Shown piece after piece: positions 40,968-53,971 of a DNA stretch of 64,000 nt. The stretch comes from Eledone cirrhosa. Lineage: Eukaryota. Made by a program: the position numbers and the translations under genes. A model generated the notes under the pieces. It had not been told where the DNA came from and ran no database searches. It saw nothing but the letters and a program-made list of their open reading frames with translations. The stretch is from the NCBI GenBank assembly GCA_964016885.1, contig OZ024741.1, forward strand, positions 68,634,001 to 68,698,000, written 5' to 3'. Position 1 is the stretch's first letter. Each line of letters opens with the position of its first letter.

Positions 40968-42366
40968 AATATATATTGAAACAAAAACATATTGTAGAAA
41001 TCCTTACTATTTTATAGTAGAAATTATTATATATGTTGAAGCAACAACATATAGTAGAAATCAAGCAACAACATATAGTAGAAATCCTTATATATATTGA
41101 AGCAACAACATATAGTAGAAATCCTTATATATATTGAAGCAACAACATTTAGTAGAAATCATTATATATATTGAAGAAACAACATATAGTAGAAATCCTT
41201 ATATATATTGAAGCAACAACATATAGTAGAAATCATTATATATATTGAAGAAACAACATATAGCAGAAATCCTTATATATATTGAAGCAACAACATATAG
41301 CAGAAATCCTTATATATATTGAAGCAACAACATATAGTAGAAATCCTTATATATATTGAAGAAACAACATATAGTAGAAATCATTATATATATTGAAGCA
41401 ACAACATATAGTATAAATCCTTATATATATTGAAGCAACAACATATAGCAGAAATCCTTATATATATTGAAGCAACAACATATAGTAGAAATCCTTATAT
41501 ATATTGAAGCAACAACATATAGTAGAAATCCTTATATATATTGAAGCAACAACATATAGCAGAAATCCTTATATATATTGAAGAAACAACATACAGCAGA
41601 AATCCTTATATATATTGAAGAAACAACATACAGCAGAAATCCTTATATATATTGAAGCAACAACATACAGCAGAAATCCTTATATATATTGAAGAAACAA
41701 CATATAGTAGAAATCCTTATATATATTGAAGCAACAACATATAGTAGAAATCCTTATATATATTGAAGCAACAACATATAGTAGAAATCCTTATATATAT
41801 TGAAGAAACAACATACAGCAGAAATCCTTATATATATTGAAGCAACAACATACAGCAGAAATCCTTATATATATTGAAGCAACAACATATAGTAGAAATC
41901 CTTATATATATTGAAGAAACAACATACAGCAGAAATCCTTATATATATTGAAGCAACAACATATAGTAGAAATCCTTATATATATTGAAGCAACAACATA
42001 CAGCAGAAATCCTTATATATATTGAAGCAACAACATACAGCAGAAATCCTTATATATATTGAAGAAATAACATATAGTAGAAATCATTATATATATTGAA
42101 GCAACAACATATAGTAGAAATCCTTATATATATTGAAGCAACAACATATAGTAGAAATCCTTATATATATTGAAGCAACAACATATAGTAGAAATCCTTA
42201 TATATATTGAAGCAACAACATATAGTAGAAATCCTTATATATATTGAAGCAACAACATATAGTAGAAATCCTTATATATATTGAAGAAACAACATACAGC
42301 AGAAATCCTTATATATATTGAAGAAACAACATACAGCAGAAATCCTTATATATATTGAAGCAACAG
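40968..42366. repeat. Minisatellite, 37 bp unit ATATATATTGAAGCAACAACATATAGTAGAAATCCTT
   Basis: About 37 tandem copies with a few recurrent SNP variants. Confidence 0.97.
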
Positions 42367-42495
42367 CATCTCTCTAACGTCTGTCTTGTTTGAAAATCGT
42401 GGACAAAGCTCGACAAATCTTAACATAATTTGGCACGAAGATCCGGATTCTTTACTCCCTTTCTTCAACTCTAAGGTTCTCCTACTCATTTGCTC

Positions 42496-42619
<124 letters not shown>

Positions 42620-42776
42620 CCCTCTCTCTTTCTCTCTCTCTCTCTCTCTTTACCCTCTCCCTTTTTCATTCCATTAGTTTACCTTTCTATTTCACACTCT
42701 AACAGATATAGACGTGTATATTTAGATTCATATATATACATCACTTGTTTTTAGGTCTAGACAGATATATGCGTAT

Positions 42777-42827
42777 ATAAATTCATAAATTCATAAATTC
42801 ATAAATTCATAAATTCATAAATTCATA
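42777..42827. repeat. (ATAAATTC)n octamer repeat
   Basis: Six tandem copies. Confidence 0.9.
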
Positions 42828-42919
42828 TATCCGGATGCAAGCGTCACCCCTCTCCCTCTCTCTGTACATACATAGCTGTCTTTTTTAAATTGAACTTCTC
42901 TCGCTCTCTCAATATTTAT

Positions 42920-43138
42920 AATGATTTCTACTATAGGCACAAGGCCAGTAATTTGGGGGAAGAGGAAAGTAGATTAAATCGACCCCATAACGTTACTGGT
43001 GCTTTATTTTATCGACCCCGTAAGGATGAAAGGCAAAGTTAACTTCCGCAGGATTTGAACTCAGACCATAAAGGGACGTGGCTCTATGCTGCAAAGCATG
43101 GTGTCCGACTCTCTACCGATAATGCCAATCCGCCGCCC
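42920..43138 (-). mobile_element. tRNA-derived SINE
   Basis: Full-length copy with an extra GGGGGAAGAGG...GATTAAATCGACCCC segment. Confidence 0.82.
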
Positions 43139-43145
43139 TCTCTCA

Positions 43146-43179
<34 letters not shown>

Positions 43180-43180
<1 letters not shown>

Positions 43181-46100
43181 TTTTCTTTATTAACCACAAG
43201 GGTTTACATAAAGTAGACATTAAGGACAGTACAGGACAATACAGGACGGTACAAATGGGCATTTCTGCGTGTAAAAAAACAGCGGATGTAATAAAATAAT
43301 AAAGAAAAATTCCCCAATAGGGGGGGGAGACTTCCGAGGGACATTTGTGGAGAAAGCCCATTAAAAGACCACAGTGACCCTGACCACCAGGGCAAGTGCC
43401 CTCTCCCAGTTTTCCACCTTTAATTTACAGACACATACTCAGAGAAGGCCCATTCATTCGGGCCATACTTGCTTCTCTCACCCATCTTTCAACAAAATGC
43501 TGGGAAGAGAGCACTTCCCTCTCTACCCTGATTTTCCTTTTCAAATGAAATTTGAAAAAGTTAATCAGGGCATCACCGAAGAGGTGAGTGCTCGTCTTCA
43601 ACCCTTTCAAACGTGTCCACCATACTATCTCTTTCGCCATGGCCACCAGACAGATAAAAACTGCCTGCCCTTCCCGGCTAAAGGAAGAGGGCGGGGCAAT
43701 CCTCACGATGGACTCAGCTGATAGCTGGATCCGGCCTACACGTGACAGCAGGTGTTCGACATAAACCCACAAGTCAGCAATGCTCGGACACTGGACGAGT
43801 GCGTGAAGGACAGTTTCGTCGGACATGCCCGGCTGACGGCACCTCCATGCCTGTAAAGTTTATCCCGAACTGGCAAAGCTCCTCGGTAGCACTGCCAGGC
43901 CAGGGATTTCTGGAAGTTGTCCATAGGCCCCGGCCCGAAAGTTCTTCCGAAGAGATTGGCTAGTTGATTTTCGTCGACGCCTAGAGTTTCCCCAAGTACG
44001 TCGTCGCTCTTCCCCTCCACTAATCCTCTATAGAACGCCAAGGTGGAGTTTCCACCGATCACATTGCCCGATTGGTCGAGGGCTGTGAGCGCCTGAAGAC
44101 ATTCCAGTCTCCAAGCGCTCCCTCTCGGTCTTCACTTGACCCAGGACTGCAGCTCCGTCAATGAGACGAGCTGGGGAAAGACGTGTCTAGCAACGGAGAC
44201 CACACCTGATCACCGTCGAGGAAGAGGTGGAGATGTCGTAGCCTGAGCTCGTGTCTGCGCATCATCAGCCACGGCATTCCCAGCCCTCCACGTAGCGGGT
44301 GTTAACAGCAGATGGACCGCCTGACCATCGGAGCGCGTCCCTTCCACAAAAAGCGAAAGAGCAAACGCTCCAGCGCAGTCAGGCGGAGCTTAGGATAAGG
44401 TACGACGGTCAGGCGGTAGTAGATGACGGACACGATATACGCGTTAGACATCTCCGCTCGACCTTTCAGGGATAGCTTCCTCTCGGCCCATTTCTGGGTG
44501 AGAGAAGCCACCCTGCTCGTCACCTCGTCCCAGTTTTTGTCCGTCTGGAGATCCGGACCAAACCAGACCCCGAGCAATTTAACTGGTCCGTCCGTCCAGC
44601 GCCTGACGACGCTGTTGGACGGCATGGACCTGCCTCTCCAGGTGCCGAGCTGCAGGCCCACTGACTTTTCCTACTTGATCATTGCTCCTGTCACCGCTTC
44701 GTATTCTCTTAGTGTAGTGCCGATCGCCTCGATGTGTTTGGTTTTCGACACCACTACGGTGACATCGTCCGATATATGCTGACACGGATCTTCCGCATTC
44801 TAGTTCGCGCGGGACGCCCCTCAACGTCTCCAGTTTGTGCAGTAATGGCTCGAGAGTCAATACGTACAAGAGGGACGAGAGGGGACATCCTTGGCGGACC
44901 GAGCAGATGATGTTGAACGGTTCCGAAAGGTGACCGTTCACTCTCACCACAGAGCAGATGTCGCTCTGCATAGCAGCGATCCAGCCTCTGAAGGCGGGCC
45001 CAAACCCAGCCGCCCTCAGGACTGCCGCTAGGTAACGATGGTCCACCCTATCGAAAGCTTTCGACTGATCTAAATTTAACAACGACCCACCCGTGCCAGG
45101 TTCCATAGATACCCTCTCTACGATGTATCGCATGAGGTGGAGGTTGTCGTGGATGGATCTGTCGGGAATGGCGCATGTGTGTGCCTCTCCCACCAGACCA
45201 CCAACGACAAGCGCCAACCTCTTTGCTAGCACCTTGGCCAAAATCTTGAACTCTGTGTTTAGCAGAGTTATGGGCCTAAAATTATCTATGTTATCCCTCT
45301 TGTTCGGATCCTTTCTCAGCAGCGCCACAGCTCCTCGGCTCACAGAGCTGGGAAAATCTCCCGTTCTGTTGCCAGTTGCAGTAGACGTCCGCCAAGAGGC
45401 CCCCGAACAAGTCTGGCATCTGTACGTAAAGTTAATAGGGCAGACCATCCAAACCAGGCGATTTACCCCTTGTGCAGCTAGTCATTGCCTCCCGTACTTC
45501 AGCGGCTGTTATCGGCTTTTCGCAACACTCCGCCTCAGTGGCCGAGAGCCACCGCAGTCCGTCGAGGTAGACACTAAAGCCCATCCCTCGATCCGGCCCG
45601 CCGCTACCCCCGAACAATCGAGGGAAGTGTCGCTGAAAAGCTTTACACATTTGCCCGGGATCGAGTAGCATGCGCCCGTCGTGGTCCACCAAAGACCGGA
45701 TCGTGGCTTTGTTGCCACGATGCGCCTCCGCCACTCGGGCCCATTGAACGGCTTTCGTCCCCTCGTGTCTGAGAGCACGCACCCTAGCTCTGACAACGCA
45801 GCCTTCGTGCTTTGCATTGAAGAATTGGTCAAGGGCCAATTTCGCCGCAAGTACGTCGGTCGCGATGCCTTTGCTAAGCGCCTCGTCTAATTTTCTAACT
45901 AATTCTCCCTTTGCTCTATTTTTCTCTATTGCTACTAAACCTAATGGACTCTATTCTAATTGCTCTTTTCAGAGCAAACTACCACTTGTTGTTGACGATG
46001 GCCCCCGTCAACGCCCGCTTAACTAGTTCGCTAATCCGGTCTCTGTAGGCCTTGCGCGCTGGTAAGGACGCGTTTAGCTTCCAGTAGCCGGGTCCTCATC

Positions 46101-48997
46101 TATGAAGCCTATCTAAGTCAAGTACACAGATCACGAATTTGTGGTCCGTGTAGCTGACTATCTTGAATTGTGGACAGCCTATGCTAGACCTATCTATTTC
46201 TTTACAAAATACTCTATCTAGATATGATCTGGATGACCCTATGCGATTTGTCCAAGTCCACATTGGCACATTCGGGAAATCCAGTCGGTACCTGTCAGAC
46301 AGTTCAAAACGCCTGAGCAGGTTGGTGAGACTCTTGCACCCTCCTCCCCTATCCGCTAATTCTACATAGTCTCAGCGTGCATCTAAGATACCGTTCCAGT
46401 CGCCCACTAACACTAAAGTGCGGGACGTTCCAAGAAAGGTCTCCAGACGCCGGAAGAAATCAGGCCGCCCTGCTCCTGTCGGGGCATAGACGGCCACTAG
46501 CCTGAAAGCTTGCCCGTCTCCGCTGGTCACGTTTAGCACCACCAACTTACCTTCTGGGTCCAGGAAGATGGCCCGTATGGCGAGATCCAAACCTCTCCGA
46601 AAAAGCACAGCAACCCCTCCCCCCGATCCAGGACGGCTGGGAGATGCGTACACATCGTAGCCGCCGAAGATCGCTGCGAAGGCCCGTGCTTCGGAGATTC
46701 TGGTCTCGCTGATGGCCACTACATCTATGTTTAGTGACCTAAGGTCGTTGAGCAGGTGGCCCTGCTTCCATGACGACCCCAAGCCACGCGCATTTATGCT
46801 GCCTATTCTGAGTGAGGTCATGTTGAAATGGAGTGGAAAAGATGGGAAAGACCACTTACCTTACTTCTCGTAGAGGAAGGATGGTTTGTCCATCCTTTTC
46901 ACTGCTTGTGGCCTCCTCCGGAAGGATGTCCTTATAAATCCTCCTGGAGAGTCTTTGTCGGAAGTCTCCGATGTCTTTGGGGAATTTTTGTTTTAGTGTC
47001 GTGTACGTTTTCTGTGTGATGCGAGTGATTTGTATGTGTGGAGGCGGTGTGAACTTTTGGGTTGTTGTGTAGTCTTTTTCTGTGATGCTGGTGTTGTGTT
47101 GCATGTAGTGTGATAATTGGTTGTTGTTCAAATTTAATGCTGTGTAGTGTGTATCGTTTTGGTTGTTTTGTTTTGTTTGCGTTTGTTGTGGGTTTGTTTC
47201 TGTTACGCTTTTTGGTGACTTTTGTGGTGTTGGTGATGGTGGTGTTGGGATTAATGATGGTGATGGTGTTGGTGTTTGTGGTGATGGGGTTGGTGATGCT
47301 GGTGTGGATGGTGGCATATCTGTCTTAACTTTCTTGTTCGATAATTTATTTGTTTCCCTCTGTATTTTGTTTTTGGAGGAGGAAGGAAGAGAATTTTTTC
47401 TTTTTTGGTTTTTTTTTTCTTTTTTCCTGATACTGTTTCCCACTCCTCGTCGTCACAATCTGTCTCCAGTTGCGATAAGCCGGGGACTGGAAAATCCTCC
47501 ACAGGCGTTGGTTTTGGTTGTGGCGTGGTGGATGGAGTAGGCGCTGGTGCTAGTTCTGGGGCGTTGGTGGTGGTGGTGTTGGTTTTGCTACTGCTGCTGG
47601 GGTTGTTGCTGTTACAGTTGCTTCTGTTGTTGCTGCTACAGTTTTTGCTGCTATTTCTGCTGCTGGTGGTGTTGATGGTTGAGTCACTGGGGTGGGTAAG
47701 AGAGGTGGCCTCAACCTTTTAGCCTGAGGGCAGAAAACCCTTAGGTAGGTTCCTTCACCACAAACGACACACCTAGGTCTTCTGCCCTCGACGATTACGG
47801 TGAGGTGGCTGCCGTCAGTGAGGTCTATTACCTCTGGGATCTCCTCAATGCTTTTATGGTCCACTTGGATCAGGAGCTCCATCCCAGATCCGGACCAGTT
47901 CTCCTGCTTTTCTTTTGCTATTTCTATTATTTTGGTGTTGGCCTCGATGCCGGCGAGGACGGCAGCCATTAGCCAGGGAATTTCGATGGCCGGTGGAACG
48001 TGGGTCACCCTGATCTTCACAAGTATCTGGCCACAATAGCTTGGGATGAGTGTGAAGTCGTCACTTCTTAATAGGGCCATTGAGTGTTCTCTGGCCTCCT
48101 GTGGTGTTTCAAAGCACACGTCCACGGTTCCATACTTCTGCCCACGTCTGATGTGGGGTTTTTTTGCCCACACATGTCCCAAAGCTTTTTGGATTTGGGA
48201 CTCAGATGCCCGTTCCACTCGGCGCGATTTTATGTTTATTGTCCGATAAGACACTGTGCATAGGCGACGTTGCTCCATTTTATTAGGGGGGGGGTGAGGC
48301 TGACCCTGTACCCATCTTTCTTTACCATTCCTTTGGCTTCGTCTAATTCTTCCTGAGTTACCTGGATCGCTTCGCACGTTTTTGCTACTCTGGCAAAACT
48401 CAGGGTAGTTTTCTTAATTTCATTGTTGCTGTTGTTAATATCGTTATTTTTCCTATTGTTAATTTTAGTTTCAGTTGTGGTGGTGGTGGCGTCAGTGGTG
48501 TTCGGTGTGGAAGAGTTCATTTTGGATGAATTCATTTCGATATCATGAGTTAATTTATTTTTTTTCTTTTGTTTCTGTTGTCGCTGTGGTGGTGGTGGTA
48601 GTGGTGGCTTTAACACCTGCAGTCATTGGTAATGGCGGGAAATGAACGTCTGCCTGAGACAAATTTAAAATATTGCTACTGCTTACAATTCCAGTGTTGG
48701 CAAACGTAGCAATGTTTACAATGGTGGTGTCGGTGTGAGGTGTTGGATTGTGAGGAAGGAGTGAATCTGAGTCATCCATTATTTTTCAAAGAAAAACATT
48801 TTTTGTTTGATAATTATAAAAAGTTTAAATTTTGGGCTCAAGGTCCCAATATTTTTGAGTGTCCTTTTCAGAAATCAATGTATGTGCACTTATATATAGT
48901 TAACAATAAAAATTTTCCATAAATTGCAATTTTAAATAACTGAAAATAACAAACCTTTGCGGAGCTCACGATGATACGATTTACTAGGTAGGTCGCC
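43180..48997 (-). mobile_element. Full-length decayed Tx1-clade (L1-like) element, copy A
   Basis: Colinear with 53764-59683 from 5' GGCGACCTAC to 3' AATAAAGAAA; ORF1 (~48779-46856) and ORF2 (46821-43425) are frameshifted; (AAT)n on both sides. Confidence 0.93.
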
Positions 48998-49015
48998 AAT
49001 AATAATAATAATAAT

Positions 49016-49894
49016 GATTTCTTTATTGGCCACAAGGGCTGATACCAAGAAAAACATTACAGACAGCACAGGACGGTACAGGACGGTACGATGTGGGTTT
49101 TGTTCGTATAAAGATTTTTATTATTTATACAAGAAACGAAAAAGAAAAAAAGACATAGAAACATATATATATAAACAATAAAAATGAAAATTCAAACAAT
49201 GAAAAATTCCCCAATAGGGGGGGAAACCTCCGAGGGTTACTCGTGGCGAAAACCACACAAAAGACCACGGCCACCCTGACCACCAGGGCAAGCGCCCTCT
49301 CTCAATTTTTTCCCATTCCTCAAACTACAGACGTATATTCAGAGCGGTCCCGTTCACTCGGACCATTCTCGCTACATTCACCCACCTTTCAACAAACTTG
49401 CTAGAAGGCAGCACTTGCCTCTCCACCCTGATTTTCCTCTTCAAGTGAAACTTGAAAAAGTTAATCAGGGATTCGCCGAAGAGGAAAGTGTCTGTCTTTA
49501 ACCCTTTTAACCTTGTCTACCACACAATCAGTTTCGCCATGGCCACCAGGCAGATGAAAACCGCCTACCCTTCCTCCTCGAAGGAAGACGGCGATACCAT
49601 CTGCACAATCGACTCAGTCGAAAACCGGATCGGTCTTACACGCGACAGCCACTGTTCGACATAGCTCCACAACGAGTGCGTGCACGACGGTTTCGTCGCT
49701 CTGCGCTCATCTCGGACAGGCTCGGCTGACGGCACTTTCGTGCCTGTAGAGCTTATCTCGAAAACAGGCAAAGCTCCCCGGTAGCACTGCCAGGCCAGTG
49801 ATTTCTGGAAGTTATCCATAGGCCCTGGGCTGAAAGTTCGGAAGAGAACAAACAGCTGATTTTCTTCGACGCCCAGGATCTCCCCGAGAACGTC
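49016..49894 (-). mobile_element. 3' fragment of a more diverged Tx1 subfamily
   Basis: MDNFQKSLAWQCYRGALPV; 3' UTR with CCCCTATTGGGGAAT and AATAAAGAAATCA followed by (TTA)n. Confidence 0.88.
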
Positions 49895-52800
49895 TAATAA
49901 AAAGAACGATTAATTATGACTCCAACAATAACACCAACAACAACACCAACAACAACGCCATCAATAACAACAGCAACAACAAAAATAACAGTGGTAAAGT
50001 CGAGAACGACAATAACAAAAATAACAGCGGTAAGGTCGAGAACGACAATAACAATGACAATAACAATAGCCACAACAACAATAATGGTAGGAACAGTATC
50101 AACAAAAACAACAATAATAACAACAGCCACAATAACAGTAACAACAGCAACAGTATCAACGAAAACAACAACAACACCACCAACAACTGTACCAATGAAA
50201 ACATCAACAATGACATTGATACCTGTAACAACGATCTCAGCACCACCAGTAAGACCAGTAGCGGCAGCAATAGTGGTGCTGCTGAAAAAGGGACCACTTC
50301 TTTTGCAGGTGTCGCCCGAAATATCGAGACAGTGTTAGTCACAGAAGAGGAGATGGCAGTCGCAAGGGCTATGGTGACAAGAAGGACAAGAAGCGCCAAT
50401 AGAGTCTCCCTGAAACCTCCACCCGATTTTTTCAAGGACCAGCAGCTACGGACGGTGACTTACCGCACCGTAAGCAAAATCTCACATCGGGTGGAGAGAG
50501 CCACGGAGGCTCAAATCCAAAAGGCCTTGAGGTGCGTCTGGGCACGCAAAACCCACATCACCCGAGGCAGAAAGTACGCCACAGTAGACGTACTTTTCGC
50601 CACCCCCGAGGAAGCAAAGTCTCACTCTTTGGAAACCGTAAAGAGTGAGGAGATAGTCTTGGTGCCCTCCTACTGCGGGCAGAAAATTGCGAGGGTCAAA
50701 GTGACCTAGGTCCCACCCGACGTGCCCATACCTTGGCTGGCCGCGTCTGTCCTTGCTGGAATCGAGAACAGGTCGTCCATGCTGTAAGTAGAGAAAATAG
50801 GGAGAGAGAATTGGTCAGGTATAGGAATGCAAATGCTTATACAAACTGACCAGGAATGTATCGACGCTATTCCCGATATCATAGACATCGAAGAAGGACT
50901 CCAACTCCCTATAAGCGTAGAAGGAAGACGGTCAAAATGTTATCTCTGTGGGTCGAAGGGTCACCTCAGGACCTTTTTCCCGCAGAAGACAGCGAAAAAG
51001 AAGGCTCCTCTCCTTCCAATACCTGGTCCGCTGCTACCAAGAGCAGAGCAGGCAACCAACGCAGAAGCCCCTTCCACGGTGAATAGGAGGGAAACGTCCG
51101 TGGCACACGTACCAAGGCCACGGACAACTAAAGCAGCAGTATCAGTGGCGGCAACACCAATAGCAACATTTGAAATAGCTACACCAGCAACAAAATTGCC
51201 GAAGAGGGCTCCACTACCACCACCAACAGCTGTGGAGCACATACCCCTCCCAGACGCCACGGAATCCGACATGGAGTTTGAGGTGGGAGTGAAGTGGCAA
51301 GAAAAAAACCCCTTAGATTCACCCTCCAAAAGCGAAGGCATACAAAAAGAGGTAAAGGCAGCAAGGAAACTTCAGCAACACCACCACCATCACCATCACC
51401 ACCACAAGCACCACTGACAACAACAACCACACCACCACCACCAGCATCACCAAAAACACCAACAACGCAAACAAAACACACACACCAAACAACAACAAGA
51501 AGAAAACAGTAACAAAATCACCCCTCCCCCCAAAAAGTACACAGCCATAAACATGGCAAAAAAAGAAATCATACAATATATAAAGCAGCACACAGACATC
51601 ACAAAAAAAAATACTACACCCCACCAACACCAAGAACTCTCCCGACAAACATAAGCATCATTGAAATCTCAATAGAACAGTACAAACCTTTAAAACAAAA
51701 ATTCCCCAACGCAGTTGGAGACTTCAGAGGGTCGGTTACCAAGAGGATATACTCTGACATCCTCTTGGAAACACCCATGACCAGCGAAAGGGACGGTTCT
51801 ACTGTCCCATCACCACACGATCAAGGTAAGTGACCCTTTCTCACTTGCCCCGTTTCTCAACCAACATGGCCGTACTCAGAATAGGCAGTATAAATGCACG
51901 TGGCCTGGGGTCATCTTGGAAGCAGGGTCACCTGCTCAACGACCTCAGGTCACTAAACATAGATGCGGTGGCCATCAGTGAGACCAGAATCTCCGAAGCA
52001 CAAGCCTTCGCACCGATCTTCGGCGGCTACGATGTATACGCATCTCCCAGCCGTCCAGGATCGGGGGGAGGGGTTGCCGTCCTTTTTCGGAGAGGCTTGG
52101 ATCTCGCCATACTGGCCATCTTCCTAGACCCAAAAGGTAAGTCGGTGGTGCTGGACGTGACCGGCAGCGAAGGCAATGCTTTCAGGCTAGTAGCCGTCTA
52201 CGCCCCAACAGGGACAGAACAGCAGATTTCTTAAGACGTCTAGAGACCTTTCTTGGAACGTCCCGCTCTTTAATGTTAGTGGGCGACTGGAACGGTATCT
52301 TGGATGCACGCTGGGATTATGTGGGGCTAATGGATAGGGGAGGAGGGTGAAAGAGCCTCACCAACCTGCTCAGACGTTTTGAACTGTCTGACAGGTATCG
52401 ACTGGATCACCCGAATGTGCCAATGTGGACATGGACAAACCGTATCGGGTCATCCAGATCGTATCTCGATAGGGTATTCTGCAGAGAACTAGATAAGGCT
52501 AGTATAAGTTGTCCACAATTTAAAATAGTCGACTACACAGACCACAAATTTGTGATCTGTGAGATCGACATAGGCAGACTTCATAGAGAAGGGCCTGGTT
52601 ACTGGAAGCTGAACGCATCTTTCCCGGCGCGCAAAGCCTACAGAGACCGGATTAGCGTATTAGTTAAGCGGGCGTTGACGGGAGCGGTCGTCAACAACAG
52701 GTGGTGGTTCGCCCTGAAAAGGGCAATTAAAGTAGAGTGGATTAGGTTTAGCAAAGGAGTAGTGATAGAGGAAAATAGAGTAGAGGGAGAGCTAGTCAGA

Positions 52801-53399
52801 AAGCTAGAAGAGGCGTTTAGGACAGGCATTGTAACCGACGTGCTTGTGGCGAGACTGGCACTCGACCAATTCTTCAACGCAAAACACGAAGGCTGCGTTG
52901 TCAGAGCTAGAGCGCGTGCTCTGAAACACGAGGGTACAAAAGCCGTCCAATGGGCCCGAGTGGACACATTTGAAAGGGCTGAAGACGAGCACTTACCTAT
53001 TCGGTGATGCCCTGATTAACTTTTTCAAATTTCATTTGAAAAGGAAAATCAGGGTAGAGAGGGAAGTGCTCTCTTCCCAGCATTTTGTTGAAAGATGGGT
53101 GAGAGAAGCAAGTATGACCCGTGTGAATTGGCCTACTCTGAGTATCTGTCTGTAAATTAAAGGTGGAAAACTGGGAGAGGGTACTTGCCCTGGTGGTCAG
53201 GGTCACTGTGACCTTTTAATGGGCTTTTTCCACAAATGTCCCTCGGAAGTCTCCCCCCTATTGGGGAATCTTTCATTGTTATTTTTTATTACAACCTCTG
53301 TTTTTTTTACACGCAGAAATGCCCATTTGTACCGTCCTGTATTGTCCTGTACTGTCCTTAATGTCTACTTTATGTAAACCCTTGTGGTTAATAAAAAAC

Positions 53400-53400
<1 letters not shown>
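49895..53400 (+). mobile_element. Rearranged Tx1 copy B: decayed ORF1, APE part of ORF2, then a jump to the ORF2 end and 3' UTR
   Basis: ORF1 pieces with CYLCGSKGHLR; ORF2 MAVLRIGSINARG to KAVQWARV, joined at ~52962 to sequence equivalent to 59227 onward; RT missing. Confidence 0.9.
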
Positions 53401-53434
<34 letters not shown>

Positions 53435-53436
<2 letters not shown>

Positions 53437-53714
53437 AGTTGCATTTATCTTGCTTTATGTTCATACGAGTTATCACCAAGTCACAACCAGTGACCTCAAG
53501 AGACAACAAGGTCCGCCATGTTCAAGAAAGAACATACATATTCACACATGCATCTTTAGTGTTTAGACTTGTGATGTACTTATATTGACAGAATCTTCCT
53601 TAGTATATGGGCAGTTCCCATTAGTACTATCTTTTGTATTTCTCCTATACGCGGGTTTCCTGGGATTTGCGATAAGTAGTCATTAGACCCCTTAGGTATC
53701 ATTCCCAGAGCGCC
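53435..53714 (-). mobile_element. Short 5'-truncated R4/Dong-like 3' end
   Basis: Minus strand reads GALGMIPKG..IGEIQKIVLMGTAHILRKILSI-stop, homologous to the end of ORF 59825..61594; flanked by (TAA)n. Confidence 0.8.
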
Positions 53715-53763
<49 letters not shown>

Positions 53764-53971
53764 GGCGACCTACGTAGTAAATCGTATCATCGTGAGCTCC
53801 GCAAAGGTTTGTTATTTCCGTTTGTTAAAAATTGCCATTTATGGAAAATTTTATTGTTAACTGTTTATAAGCACACATACATTGTTTTCCGAAAAGGACA
53901 CCCAAAAAGATTGGGGCCTTGTGCCCAAAATTTTAACTTTTATTATTATCCAAAAATTTCTTTGAAAAAAA

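Noticed and set aside
43149-43179. Telomeric array interpretation of the retrotransposon stack
   Set aside because: The repeat is TAA, not TTAGGG, and the elements occur in both orientations
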